Positions 9,405 through 20,200 of a stretch of 64,000 nt of DNA are shown in pieces. Within the stretch, counting starts at the first letter, position 1. Every line of letters begins with the position of its first letter. The position numbers and the translations under genes are program-made. Source of the stretch: a virus (lineage: Duplodnaviria; Caudoviricetes); the IMG/VR virus record IMGVR_UViG_3300047560_001406, positions 735 through 64,734 of that record. The stretch is one strand, 5' to 3'. The notes under the pieces were generated by a model, which saw nothing but the letters and a program-made list of their open reading frames with translations, did not search any database and was not told where the DNA came from.

Positions 9405-9927
9405 TATTATTCACAATCACGATTGTCTCTTGATTCTTGCTTAATCTTGAAAGTCTTCTCATAATCTCATCACGAATTTCTGGATATTCAGATGCAATAT
9501 CTTTAAGGATTTGAATCAAAGCGGTCTGTCGTTCTTCAATAGCAATCATCTCTTCTGCAAGCTCTTTATTCTCCAAAAGGCCAGCTTTCTGAAGCATCTC
9601 AATACGGGTTTTTTCTAGATCCATGACCAACTTAATGCCCTGAGTTTTAGCATTAAGGTTAGCGGTTGTTGTTGCCTCTTCAATAACTTCATATGCCTTT
9701 GAAATAAGCTTGGTATAGTGTGTATCAGCTCCCACGAGTGCTTCCTTAGCACGTGCACGGATGGCTGCGTTATCTGCTGCCATCTGTCTCCACTCATTGA
9801 TATAAGCCACAACAGTTTGTCTTGGTACAGCCAACTCTTTAGAAATTTGTGTTGGATCATTTCCAGCAAGATATTTTTCTACAACCTTATTTACATTATC
9901 TAGGTGCTCTATTAGTTTATCTTCCAT
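9397..9927 (-). CDS. Probable terminase small subunit (N-terminal HTH)
   Basis: HTH PTQISKELAVPRQTVVAYI followed by helical region; directly upstream of and overlapping terL. Start reassigned to MEDKL. Confidence 0.6.
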   Translation of the reverse strand: MEDKLIEHLDNVNKVVEKYLAGNDPTQISKELAVPRQTVVAYINEWRQMAADNAAIRARAKEALVGADTHYTKLISKAYEVIEEATTTANLNAKTQGIKLVMDLEKTRIEMLQKAGLLENKELAEEMIAIEERQTALIQILKDIASEYPEIRDEIMRRLSRLSKNQETIVIVNNNV

Positions 9928-10663
9928 ATTTAAAAGCACTCTCCATTCGTTCTTTAATTTTTGCAACAAGTTCTGGTTGCTTTGCTTGCTCATCTGTAGG
10001 TGCAAATAATGCTCTTGTTGTCAAGTCAGAAGTATCATCTATTGGTAAATAATAGAACAATGCCAGACTTTCTCTATTTACACCATCTGGTGCATGACAT
10101 GCATTGTCTGCAGGAAGTCCATGCCAGAAATTTTGATCTGTTTCAAAAATAACAGCACGATTACAGATAGGATCAACATCAAATACCTTTTCTTTTGGCT
10201 GACCATCTTCATCACTCCAAAATTCTAGCTGTCCACCATACTCTGGCTTCCAATCTGGATTAGTATAAATGATAATATTTAGCTTGCGTCTTAGTCCCAG
10301 CTTGGGATGCAGATCAGCATCTTTATGTAAATTCAATCTTCCATTGTGTGCATGTAGATGCATTCCACCAGCATGCAGTCCATAATCTGCAACAAGACCA
10401 TTAATTCCAGTCAATTGCTCTAACTGATTTATGAAGTCTTGAGACGATAGCTTAAACATAGCACGGTAGATACTTCCTGGATACCAATCCCAGTGAGTTG
10501 ACAATCTCTTTTGTTCAAACTCTGTATGGTTTCGTGTTAGCCATCTTTCATCATCAAAGTCATAAAAATCATCATTGATCTGAGATATCGTCTTAAAGTC
10601 AAAGAAGTTATCGATAATCCAGACATTAGTTGGATACGACATGTGTTTTATGTTTTCGTACAC
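9917..10663 (-). CDS. 2OG-Fe(II) oxygenase, prolyl-hydroxylase-like
   Basis: HKD...YGGQLEF...NRAVIF...WHG...RESLA (HxD..H..R signature). Confidence 0.85.
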   Translation of the reverse strand: MYENIKHMSYPTNVWIIDNFFDFKTISQINDDFYDFDDERWLTRNHTEFEQKRLSTHWDWYPGSIYRAMFKLSSQDFINQLEQLTGINGLVADYGLHAGGMHLHAHNGRLNLHKDADLHPKLGLRRKLNIIIYTNPDWKPEYGGQLEFWSDEDGQPKEKVFDVDPICNRAVIFETDQNFWHGLPADNACHAPDGVNRESLALFYYLPIDDTSDLTTRALFAPTDEQAKQPELVAKIKERMESAFKYGR

Positions 10664-10934
10664 TTCTTTTTCCCTTCTGTGGAATTCTCTTTATTTGATT
10701 AAGGTCAAATGATCGAAAGCATTGGCTTACCCCACGGTATAGCTCAAAGCAATCTACCCACTTGGCACCAGTATCTTTATTGGTAACCACACTGTCAAAT
10801 TTGAACTTAAGTCCATATTGTCCACTTACTTTAATTATATCACCACGAACAACCTCAAATCCATCACATATCATTGAGGGTTCTCTAGAAAATCTAGTTT
10901 CTACTGGTACTACAGAGGCTTTCTTACGTCCCAA
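10626..10934 (-). CDS. Hypothetical phage protein
   Basis: 102-aa ORF in a tightly packed operon. Confidence 0.65.
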   Translation of the reverse strand: MGRKKASVVPVETRFSREPSMICDGFEVVRGDIIKVSGQYGLKFKFDSVVTNKDTGAKWVDCFELYRGVSQCFRSFDLNQIKRIPQKGKRSVRKHKTHVVSN

Positions 10935-11171
10935 CTAAATCTCACCCTTAAGCCTCTTGATTTCATCCTGAATATAAAATATTGCCTTCTCAAGGTCTTC
11001 TACGTGTCTGTCCTCATTCTTTAGGCCAGCTCTCCACAAATACTTGATGGCATTTCCAATATTAAAATTTCGGTGTCTAGTTATCTGAAGGCATTCAACT
11101 CCAGACGGATCAGATGTATAGTGTTGTGGGTGATTCACTTGGTCTACTGTAATCTTTAGTTTGTTACTCAT
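10935..11171 (-). CDS. DUF3310 family protein (T7 gp1.7 nucleotide kinase-like)
   Basis: DQVNHPQHYT...GNAIKYLWRAGLK...EDLEKAIFY. Confidence 0.85.
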   Translation of the reverse strand: MSNKLKITVDQVNHPQHYTSDPSGVECLQITRHRNFNIGNAIKYLWRAGLKNEDRHVEDLEKAIFYIQDEIKRLKGEI

Positions 11172-11320
11172 CTTTTACTCTTTCTTAATCCAAATTTAGC
11201 TAAATAAACATATATGGTTTCCATGCTGACACCACACTCTTTTGCTATATCTTCTGGAGATTTTCTATCTACTAGATATCTCTTTCGTAACCATACCTCA
11301 TTAGTATACAGCTTTGCCAT
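11168..11320 (-). CDS. Small HTH protein, 50 aa
   Basis: Manual ORF MAKLYTNEVWLRKRYLVDRKSPEDIAKECGVSMETIYVYLAKFGLRKSKR; overlaps both neighbours. Confidence 0.75.
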   Translation of the reverse strand: MAKLYTNEVWLRKRYLVDRKSPEDIAKECGVSMETIYVYLAKFGLRKSKR

Positions 11321-11898
11321 TAGTCTGTCAACCTGTCCCAGCTATTTACTGCATAATGTCCAATACCAATAGCATCAGCAACATCAGGATCGTTGACCAT
11401 CCTATCATATTGAAGATTAATATACTTAATAGTCTTTTCTTTTCTGAGGTTGCGTTCATACGTCTTATACCATGACTCAGACTTTCCAGGATGCTGCTTG
11501 CGAACTTCAATCTTTTCTTCCTTGGTTAACTTCTTGTTTCCAATATAGTTTTGCCAGGTAATTGGTGCCACTGACTTTACCACAGATACCCCAGTCATTC
11601 CTGCTGCTCCAAGAAGAGCTCCCTGAACTAATGCAAGGTCTGCAGCTGTTTTTGGACTATTCATAAATACTGTATGTTCGATTACTACTGCATCTATAGA
11701 CTGGTAGACATCAAGGAATGCCTTAGTCTTTTTACATGCATCAATAACTTTATCGTATGTAGTTGCACCACTATACTTAATCTTTCCAAATGATACAAGA
11801 TTGGAAGATTTGAAGAGGGCAAATGCCAAGCTATTTGTACTGGCATCAATCGCTAGGATCGTTGCTGGCTTCCCCACTAGTGAGTTCAATTTTGCCAT
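11320..11898 (-). CDS. RuvC-like Holliday junction resolvase
   Basis: ILAIDAS, VVIE, and DVADAIGIG acidic motifs. Confidence 0.8.
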   Translation of the reverse strand: MAKLNSLVGKPATILAIDASTNSLAFALFKSSNLVSFGKIKYSGATTYDKVIDACKKTKAFLDVYQSIDAVVIEHTVFMNSPKTAADLALVQGALLGAAGMTGVSVVKSVAPITWQNYIGNKKLTKEEKIEVRKQHPGKSESWYKTYERNLRKEKTIKYINLQYDRMVNDPDVADAIGIGHYAVNSWDRLTD

Positions 11899-12169
11899 TT
11901 GCCATCCCCTTAATCTGTCTTAAAATTTTGTTCATCTGTTTTGGATCTACTAAACAAGTGTCACAAGTCTTTTCATCATTATAGATAGATAGTACACCAT
12001 CACAAATCTTACAACGACGATCTTTATTCTTACGTCGTTCTCTTCGTGTTCTTTCGTACCTATCCGCTATCTTTTCTTTAGTTGCCTGCTCACGACATAA
12101 GACTGAGCAGTAAACCTGATAAGACGTATTTGGACTAAATTGTGTATCACACCATTGACAGTGTTTCAT
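11846..12169 (-). CDS. Zinc-finger protein
   Basis: CQWC..CSVLC..CKIC..CDTC; start reassigned to MKHCQ. Confidence 0.65.
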   Translation of the reverse strand: MKHCQWCDTQFSPNTSYQVYCSVLCREQATKEKIADRYERTRRERRKNKDRRCKICDGVLSIYNDEKTCDTCLVDPKQMNKILRQIKGMANGKIELTSGEASNDPSD

Positions 12170-12980
12170 CGATTGGCTCCAGAGATTTGATCTTGATATC
12201 TCCCTTACCAACTTCTGAACACATTGCCTTTAGAGGACATGTCTTGCAGATCTTTGAATTAGATCGATAGTTCTTTTCAGGCATTGTTCTATCTGCCCAT
12301 GCCTTACGAACTGTTCGCATCCAATCAAATGCGTTGTTTACCCACGATATGTAGTAGCTACCTGGCTTTACTTCAATAGGAAATATAATCAGGTCATGGT
12401 TATTCTTATTCTCATATATAAGAACTCCCCTACTCTTGCCTAGAATCTTCATATAGATTAGAATCTGTACTAAGTGGCCAGTCTTTGGCCTATTAGCTGT
12501 CTTTCTATACTCAAACCCTTCATTCGGCATTGTCTTAATTTCACCAACCATCTCCTCATCATTCCAGAGAAGCATAGCATCACCATATCCAAAGATAGGT
12601 GGGTCTTGGCTAGTAATCTTAAACTCAGTTGTTTCATTACCCTTATCATCAACGAACTTCTTAGCAATACCAGACTTAAGCATGGCATCCTGAATACGTT
12701 CATGTGATAGTGTTCCAGATGTCATATTGGCAACACCATATGGATCTGCATAGTCTTCAAAGTTACCGCCATCAAAAGCTAGGTACCAGTATCTTGGACA
12801 TTCTCCATGAGAATATGCAATAGTACTTGGTGCAAAAGTTTTCTTCTTTTGATACTTTGTTTCTCGTCCAACGAGATAACCAGAATTTAATTTTTCAATA
12901 AATTGCTGATGATTAATAAAAGAATTATCCTTGTCTGTGGACTTCTTTTCCATTATTTGACTCAATAAATTTTTAGCCAT
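12147..12980 (-). CDS. Cas4-like PD-(D/E)XK exonuclease
   Basis: ECPR, GTLSHE, GYGD..GEIKT, QILIY, and C-terminal CKTCPLKAMC (four-Cys Fe-S staple). Confidence 0.8.
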   Translation of the reverse strand: MAKNLLSQIMEKKSTDKDNSFINHQQFIEKLNSGYLVGRETKYQKKKTFAPSTIAYSHGECPRYWYLAFDGGNFEDYADPYGVANMTSGTLSHERIQDAMLKSGIAKKFVDDKGNETTEFKITSQDPPIFGYGDAMLLWNDEEMVGEIKTMPNEGFEYRKTANRPKTGHLVQILIYMKILGKSRGVLIYENKNNHDLIIFPIEVKPGSYYISWVNNAFDWMRTVRKAWADRTMPEKNYRSNSKICKTCPLKAMCSEVGKGDIKIKSLEPIDETLSMV

Positions 12981-12988
12981 ATTACCAC

Positions 12989-13291
12989 TTAGCGAGTGAT
13001 GTACTTGAGTGCAGCAACCAAATTATTGATTGATTCTGCAGCAGTGAAGTACAAATTCTTCTTCGCTCTATCTCCCTTATCTACGTTAGCCATCCAAGTT
13101 GCCTTAAAAGACATCTTAGCAGCAATTGCCTGTAGGCGTACGATTTCAATTGTTGCGACATTCAAAGGAATGTCTGGTTTTACTATTAGTTTTGCAATAA
13201 AAGTTAAAGCTGTTGTCAGCTCTTCATCCTGCATGTAGTCTGCAATATCTGCAAGACCATTAATCATATCTAAAGTTGTTTCATTCGACAT
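12989..13291 (-). CDS. Helical hypothetical protein
   Basis: ORF in operon; start reassigned to MSNETT. Confidence 0.6.
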   Translation of the reverse strand: MSNETTLDMINGLADIADYMQDEELTTALTFIAKLIVKPDIPLNVATIEIVRLQAIAAKMSFKATWMANVDKGDRAKKNLYFTAAESINNLVAALKYITR

Positions 13292-14081
13292 CGGCGAAGC
13301 CTGCAATCTGAGATTCATCTAGGCCAATCTCTCTACCCATATTGTTATAGATATCCCATGCTGCTTTCATCTTAGGATGTTCAGCAACTTCTGCTTGATA
13401 CTTCTGTCTTTCATCAAATCTTTCCTGCGGATCAATTGGATTACCTAGACCTTGCCAACGATAGTTTGTTACTGGACAATAGTCGAAACTAACAATCTCA
13501 CAGAACTCTCCTTCTTTCCACTTACGCTTTGGTCTCCAGTGTACCTGGTTAACAGCACTAAAGATAATGGCATCGCCCTTCTTTAGGTTATATTCCTTAT
13601 CATCTACCCACAGAGTCCAGTCTTCAATATTCTGATCAAGGCAGTAGTTAAAAGTAACTAGATTTTCATCAGCATCTAGATGAGGTGGAAGTGCTGGTGC
13701 ATTCTTTTCATCTCCGTATGCCATATTATAATCAATGTAATTGTAGTGTGTCAGCCTAATTGGATCTTTGTGAATAGGTAAAGCATACTTATTCATTACC
13801 ATCTCAATTTGAGGTGGGCAGATAAACTCAATAAGTAGGCGTGACATATGGACAATCTTCTTTGGATGAAATCTAGTTTCACCGTAGTATTGCTCTTGTG
13901 ACCCCTGGAGTCTGCCATATTCTGCATTATCCATTAGTTTTCTATTAGTCTCAATAGTGTCTCTGAGCAGTCTAATTTCAGCATCATTAAATGGTTTTTC
14001 AATATAAATAGGAAGCTCTTGGTTATATCTATCAAAGTCTGTTAGCCATTTGTGCATTGGTGCATATTGTTTATTATTCAT
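13281..14081 (-). CDS. 2OG-Fe(II) oxygenase-like protein
   Basis: LPPHLD...GDAIIFSAVNQVHWRP; RBS AAGGAG before MNNKQ. Confidence 0.7.
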   Translation of the reverse strand: MNNKQYAPMHKWLTDFDRYNQELPIYIEKPFNDAEIRLLRDTIETNRKLMDNAEYGRLQGSQEQYYGETRFHPKKIVHMSRLLIEFICPPQIEMVMNKYALPIHKDPIRLTHYNYIDYNMAYGDEKNAPALPPHLDADENLVTFNYCLDQNIEDWTLWVDDKEYNLKKGDAIIFSAVNQVHWRPKRKWKEGEFCEIVSFDYCPVTNYRWQGLGNPIDPQERFDERQKYQAEVAEHPKMKAAWDIYNNMGREIGLDESQIAGFADVE

Positions 14082-15243
14082 TGTTCTCCTTTGTATCAAT
14101 TTTACCATACTCTGGCTTATTTTGGTACCAGGCATCTCGCTCTATTTTTTCTCTTCCCTGCATTCTTTCCCTATGGCTATCGGTTACCTTTTCAGCAATG
14201 TCAATTGGTTCAGAGAAATGACAAAATATCATATCTACATAGTCATCATCATTGAATATCGTGTGCTCTCTCCAATGAATCTGATGAGTTCCACTAAATA
14301 CTAGTGCCTCATTATCTTTTAGTTCAAAGCTTTTTCCTTCGACAACAAGTGGCCATGGCTTTGTGCCACGTACCTGGATGTCATAGGTTATTCTTCTTTC
14401 TTGGAATGGATTATCAAAATGAGGGTAAAGAAGTGGTGTTCTTCCATTACGGGTATCATATCTGGCAAAAGATAGCTCTCTGAGCACTAATGGCTTATGA
14501 TAATTGTTATTAGCCATATCCTCAATCTTCTTTACGATATTTTCTGGAAGCCATGAGAAGTATGCTGTATGACCATAATCTGGTTGATCAAATGTCTTAT
14601 CTACTGGAGTCTTTTCAATATGCTCATAGATAGTCTCAATATCTTCATCGGAGAATATGTTGCTAATAATAAAATTATCAGTGTGGTCCTGATACTCATC
14701 ATTATCTAAATTAAGATCAAAGAATATCATTCTTACATATTGATCATCTGCAAACTCTAATGGCATTCTTCTGTGATATGTTCTATTTGGGAAAAATACA
14801 AGTGCATCATTGTTATCCAGCTGATATACTCGCTCCTCATCTTCTTTTCCACCAAGACCTAGTGGCCAAGTGACATTTGCATCAAGCTGGTAATCTATCA
14901 TGAATAGGTCCATCTTGTCTTTATGTCTAGTGAGAATTGGCTTTCCCCATTTATTAGAATACTCTACATACCCTGCACGAATTAGATGTGTGGCACGGAA
15001 GCCATTGTCTCTAGCGTATTTAACTAGTTTATCTTTAATATGATCTGGCATTGGGATATCAAATGTTATCTTGCCAAGCTTTTTGTCTTGCTTGATCTTA
15101 TGCTCAATAGTAAAGTCGATTTCTGGTTCTGGCAGTAATCCATCCCAAACAACCATTTCTGCAGTTAGCATATATGTATCAATATAGTATTTTATCCAGT
15201 CTATATCCTCTTTAGACAGTAGTCCTTTTACGTGCTTTTCCAT
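14074..15243 (-). CDS. Tandem two-domain 2OG-Fe(II) oxygenase-like protein
   Basis: Domain 1 LTRHKD...WPL...DALVF..TYHRR; domain 2 LYPHFD...WPL...EALVF..IHWRE. Leaderless start MEKHV. Confidence 0.7.
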   Translation of the reverse strand: MEKHVKGLLSKEDIDWIKYYIDTYMLTAEMVVWDGLLPEPEIDFTIEHKIKQDKKLGKITFDIPMPDHIKDKLVKYARDNGFRATHLIRAGYVEYSNKWGKPILTRHKDKMDLFMIDYQLDANVTWPLGLGGKEDEERVYQLDNNDALVFFPNRTYHRRMPLEFADDQYVRMIFFDLNLDNDEYQDHTDNFIISNIFSDEDIETIYEHIEKTPVDKTFDQPDYGHTAYFSWLPENIVKKIEDMANNNYHKPLVLRELSFARYDTRNGRTPLLYPHFDNPFQERRITYDIQVRGTKPWPLVVEGKSFELKDNEALVFSGTHQIHWREHTIFNDDDYVDMIFCHFSEPIDIAEKVTDSHRERMQGREKIERDAWYQNKPEYGKIDTKENNE

Positions 15244-15250
15244 ACCTATA

Positions 15251-15535
15251 TTATACCTCATCAATGAGTTGCTCAAGTATTTCAAGCTCTATTATTGCAA
15301 GACGCACCTTCTGATTTCCCTCACCAAGGACAACAAAGATAGCTGGATCATTGCCATTTCTAATAGCATCAGTTACGGCCTTGGCCCAGTTGTCTTTATT
15401 GACAGTAAAACCTTTTGGATATTCTTTAAAATCAACAGTAAAGTTATGCCAAGTAGCATCGCCCTTCTTGGTATTTCTACCAGAATTCTTATGTTGCTTA
15501 GCACCGATTCTATTGCTCTCGCTTTTCTCGCTCAT
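15251..15535 (-). CDS. Hjc-like PD-(D/E)XK Holliday junction resolvase
   Basis: MSE..E...NSG....KGD......VDFKE pattern. Confidence 0.6.
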   Translation of the reverse strand: MSEKSESNRIGAKQHKNSGRNTKKGDATWHNFTVDFKEYPKGFTVNKDNWAKAVTDAIRNGNDPAIFVVLGEGNQKVRLAIIELEILEQLIDEV

Positions 15536-15695
15536 AGTCTCTCTTCTTTTTTGTTGATAGCGAAACCTTAGATATATGTCCGCTTTTACATAACCATGTA
15601 AGTTCCATTGTCTCTCCATAGCAACGTAGAGACTGAACCTCTTCCTTGCATGTATGACAAGGAAACTTACCGTTATAAACAGAATACTTAGCCAT
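15510..15695 (-). CDS. Small zinc-ribbon protein
   Basis: CHTC...CKSGH; overlaps neighbours. Confidence 0.6.
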   Translation of the reverse strand: MAKYSVYNGKFPCHTCKEEVQSLRCYGETMELTWLCKSGHISKVSLSTKKKRDYEREKREQ

Positions 15696-16701
15696 TAAGT
15701 TTTGCCTTAATTGATTCCTGTAGGTCTAGATCTTCTTTTACCCTTGCGATAAACGCTTCTCTACCCTGAACCTTTGTTCCGTCCTCAAGCTGGTACCAGG
15801 CACCAGTTCTTGCTACAATTCCTAATGACTCTGCAGTATCAACCAAGTCACCAATGGCATCAACACCAACATCGTCGCCTCTAAAATAGAAGTCATATTC
15901 GCCACCCTGAAAAGCAGGAGATGTCTTAGAGAATTGTAAATCCCAACGAACCTTTCTTCCAATCTTTTCTTCAATGAGTTTATCTCCGACATGTATCTTC
16001 CCCTTAATTGCTTGATTATCTGATTCTGATGAGAATAGCTTAATGATAGTAGATGAGTAGAACTTAACAGAAGTTCCTCCAGTTGGCTGCTGGCTAGTAT
16101 ACATTGCACTAATATTATTTCTAGACTGACTAATAAAGATAAGCAATGTAGGCTTTACCTTATTATTAGCATAGTTAAGCATCTTAACAGCATTACTAAA
16201 GTCACGTGCTTCTGCACCGATCTGTTTAGTATTTTCTAGTTGTTTAAGTTCATCAGAGTCTTTCTCAAAGTAAATTGCAGGTAGCAGAGATGTAATTGAG
16301 TCAACGACAATGATATCTACTCCAGCATTCATAAGTTGTGTACCTACATCAACCATATCATTAATTGTACGTGCCTGAGATACGATAAGCTTTGATGTAT
16401 CAACACCCAGACGTTCTGCCCATGACTTATCATATGACATTTCAGCATCAATCCATGCACAGACCTTACCCTCTTTTTGTGCTAGGGCAATTGTTTGAAG
16501 ACATACGGATGATTTTGCTGAAGACTTTGAGCCCCAAATGAGGACCTGCCTACCATAAGGCAAGCCCCCATTCAGTGCACGGTTTAGTCCATAACTTGGT
16601 GTTGGCTGAAATTCAGTTTCTGGCACAGCATCTCCAACCATAATGTTTTTTCTCAACTTAGGGTTTAGCTGTGCTAGAACATCCTCAACAGTTACGGTCA
16701 T
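15688..16701 (-). CDS. recA: RecA-like recombinase
   Basis: LNGGLPYGR, WGSKSSAKS (variant Walker A), WIDAE, IIVVDS, FISQSR, GAWY. Confidence 0.9.
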   Translation of the reverse strand: MTVTVEDVLAQLNPKLRKNIMVGDAVPETEFQPTPSYGLNRALNGGLPYGRQVLIWGSKSSAKSSVCLQTIALAQKEGKVCAWIDAEMSYDKSWAERLGVDTSKLIVSQARTINDMVDVGTQLMNAGVDIIVVDSITSLLPAIYFEKDSDELKQLENTKQIGAEARDFSNAVKMLNYANNKVKPTLLIFISQSRNNISAMYTSQQPTGGTSVKFYSSTIIKLFSSESDNQAIKGKIHVGDKLIEEKIGRKVRWDLQFSKTSPAFQGGEYDFYFRGDDVGVDAIGDLVDTAESLGIVARTGAWYQLEDGTKVQGREAFIARVKEDLDLQESIKAKLNG

Positions 16702-16931
16702 TAATTTGCTCCATTTTTCAACTCAGAGAGTCTCTCAATATCAAAGCCTTGCCAAACATGTGTGTCTGACTCAACAATTGGTGCTGAACGGAATCCCATA
16801 TCGATAAATCTCTTAAGGTCATCCTGGTGTTCTGCGAATGGTTTTACTTCATATTCAATACCTGCATTATCTAGGTATCTCTTAGTCTGCTCACACTGGT
16901 TGCAGTTTTCATTTGTATAAATTTTAATCAT
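16701..16931 (-). CDS. nrdH: NrdH-like glutaredoxin
   Basis: IYT..CNQC..TKRYL...GFRSAPIV...WQGF. Confidence 0.85.
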   Translation of the reverse strand: MIKIYTNENCNQCEQTKRYLDNAGIEYEVKPFAEHQDDLKRFIDMGFRSAPIVESDTHVWQGFDIERLSELKNGAN

Positions 16932-17257
16932 TAGAATTTTACTCCGTGTCTTTCTGGTCTAGTTTTATTGAAATTGGTTTTCTTTTCCATAGCATAATCT
17001 AAGGAAGTCTTAGTATAACCATTTTCTACAAGGCCTGCGTAGAGGTCAAAGGTACGGATTAGAATGTCTGCCATTTCATCAGCAATCTGATCTTCACCCT
17101 TGTCCTTACGGATAGCCTCCATTACTTCTACAGCTTCTGATACGATCATCATTAGCTGTTTTGTGATGAAAATATCATCAACATCTTCGGGCCAAAAGCC
17201 CTTTTCAACGGCAGTCTTGTGTAACTGTTCTGCCCAATCATCAAATTGCATGTACAT
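16931..17257 (-). CDS. MazG-like NTP pyrophosphohydrolase
   Basis: IVSEAVEVMEAIRK...DEMADILIR. Confidence 0.8.
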   Translation of the reverse strand: MYMQFDDWAEQLHKTAVEKGFWPEDVDDIFITKQLMMIVSEAVEVMEAIRKDKGEDQIADEMADILIRTFDLYAGLVENGYTKTSLDYAMEKKTNFNKTRPERHGVKF

Positions 17258-20200
17258 CCTCCATTATTACTGTTCCGTCCTTGGTCTTCCCAAGGTCAAA
17301 TTTATATGCCGTTCCCTCTTGAATCTTCATGTATGCCTTGGCAAACGCTGTAGGGAATACTGTTACTGGATGCAAATCTCGTGATGCATCAGCAAGTGTT
17401 AATGTTGCCATCTTCTTGCCAGCCTTGGTAATACGTGGCTTAAAAGATACAACAAACATCTCTTCATCCTTATATGGCAACTGTTTATAATTCAAATACT
17501 TTATGAGTGCCGAATCAATCTTACCAACCTCATCAATCTGGATGGCCTCAGTAATGCGATTATCGCTAGCCAAAATAAGATATGTCTTTCCAGTTTCGAT
17601 TGCAGACTGCTCTTCATCAAAAATACCTACACTTCCAGTCTTGTCTAGAATCTCAACACGTGACCAACCCTTGCCTCGCTTAATACCCTTTACCATACCC
17701 ATAAGAATGAATGAGCCTTTCTCTTCAAACTCTTCTACATCGCTAATGAAAGCATGGTAGTGTTGTGGTACAGAAATATTAAACTCTGGCAGATTTAGAT
17801 ATTCGTATAGATTTTCTTTAATCTCTTGATCATTACGTGGATTATCTTGGAATGTTGCAGCACCAACTACACGCATAGACTGCAATGCACGACTGTTAAC
17901 TCCATTACCCTTTGTAAAGGTAAACTCTTCAAGCTCTTTATACGAATTGAATGGACGTGCAGCCATGTACTTGCTTGCAATGTTATCAGATATATACTTA
18001 ATTCCAGTTAGTCCAAATCGAATACCTTTGCCCTCAATCTTAAAGTCAGCATCTGAGTCATTAACATGTGGTAGCTTTACAGGAATTCCCATACGCTTTG
18101 TTTCGATTAGATATTCTGTACGTGCATCTTTGTCCTTCTCATTCTTGAGAATTGAGTACATAAACTCTAGAGGATAGTGATACTTTAGCCATGCTGTCCA
18201 GTACGAAAGTGTTGAATATGCTACAGCGTGAGATTTATTGAATGAGTATCCAGCGTGAGCCTCAAAGTCATGCCATAGTTCTATTGCAGCATTTGGACTG
18301 ATAAACTTAGATGCACCCTCTACGAACTTATCCTTAAACTGATCAAATTCCTTAGCATCCTTCTTCTTACCAATGATCTTACGAACCTTGTCAGCCTCAG
18401 CCATTGTCATGCCACCAAGTTCTGTACAAGCCTGCATTACCTGCTCCTGATATAGAATACAGCCATATGTTTCAGCAGTAAATGCCTTCATGACTTGGTG
18501 ATGATAGTCAATATTCTGACGACCATGCTTACGAGCAATATAGTCCTTACCAATAGTATTCATAGCACCTGGACGAACGAGAGCATTTGATGCTGCTAGC
18601 TCTGACAAATTCTTTACACCCATCTTAATCAATAGATTGGTATATGGTGTAGCTTCACATTGGAACACACCCTTTGTGTATCCATCGGAGAGCATCTGAT
18701 AAACATTCTTATCATCCATATCTACTGATAAAAGATCAATCTTCTTATCATGACGTTCTTCAATAATATTAAGTGTATCCTTAAGAACAGACAGAGTCTT
18801 TAGGCCAAGTGCATCAATCTTAATTAGACCAATACGTTCTGCTTCTTCCATGTCTACTGCTACAACAGGGATGCGTTCCTTATTCCCTGGAGAAGTACGA
18901 GTCTCTAGTGGTGCAAACTTGAAGATAGGCTGCTTAGATGTTACAACACCTGCAGCGTGAATACCAGTACCACGAATACGACCACGCAACAAATCTCCAT
19001 AAGTTTCAATCTCAGGATACTTTTCACGGAACCATGCTGACTGCTTTGATGTACAATAGTCATCCCAGTCATCAACAACTTTAAGAACCTTATTAACATC
19101 TGGCAGTGGTACATTCAGTGTACGTGCAATATCACGAACCATTCCCTTTCCACGGAACTGCAGGAATGTTGCAATAGAGGCAACGTGCTTATATTGGCGA
19201 ACAAGATAATCTTTAACTTCTTCACGTCGTGAATCTTGAATGTCTGTGTCAATATCAGGGAAGTCATTACGTTCTGGATTAATAAAACGGAAGAATAGGA
19301 GACCATGTTCGATTGGGTCAATGTCTGTGATGCCTAGAGCATAGCAAAGCAATGAACCAGCTGCAGAGCCACGGCCTGGTCCCACCATGATACCTTCCTT
19401 CTTAGCCCATGAAATCATAGAGCGTACAACTAGGAAGTATGGACCAAAATTCTTGTCGCTAATAACCTTTAGCTCTTCTTCAAGTCGATCAAGGTATTCT
19501 TGAGACTCAAGATTTCGCTCTTTTAGGCCTTCTAGTGCTAGCTCACGCAATTCTTTATCAGGATTCTGATACTGTACTGGTAACAGGTCTAGATGGTCTT
19601 TAATCTTGTAGTCTTCAATCTTATTTACAATCTCACGAGTTGCCTCATACATATCCTCACGATCAATACCTTGAGCCTTCATAGCATTGTGCATTTCATC
19701 ATCAGATAGTAGGTGAATCTCAAACTTATTAAATGACATCTGACGGTCAGCACCATATAGGTAATCAAGACGATCCATTAGATTATCATACTTCTTTGAA
19801 CCTTCATAGGTTGCATCCTTCTCAACCTTATTAGAGTATGAGTTAAGAATTAGTTTAAGTTCTTGAATTTCCTTCTGTGAAGGATCTGAGTGGTGACAGT
19901 CTGGAGTTACCACAGGCTTTACGCCAAACTCATCTGCCAAATCAAGCAGTAGTTTGTTTACTTCTGGAGGGTTATGTGGCATTACCTCAATGTAATAATC
20001 GTCACCGAATGTTTTCTTAGCCCATTGAATATGCTCTTTTGCAACAGCAAGATTCTCTGCCTCAATTGCTTTAGCCAAGAATCCAGACAAGCATCCAGAA
20101 GTCACAATAAGACCATCCTTATACTTCTCAAGAACTTCCCAGTCAATACGTGGCTTCTTGTAGAATCCTTCAGTCCAAGCAATCTCATTTAGCTTGTTTA

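Noticed and set aside
12147-12980. Cas4-like nuclease as evidence of a CRISPR-Cas system
   Set aside because: No cas1, cas2 or array; solo Cas4-like nucleases are common in phage recombination modules.
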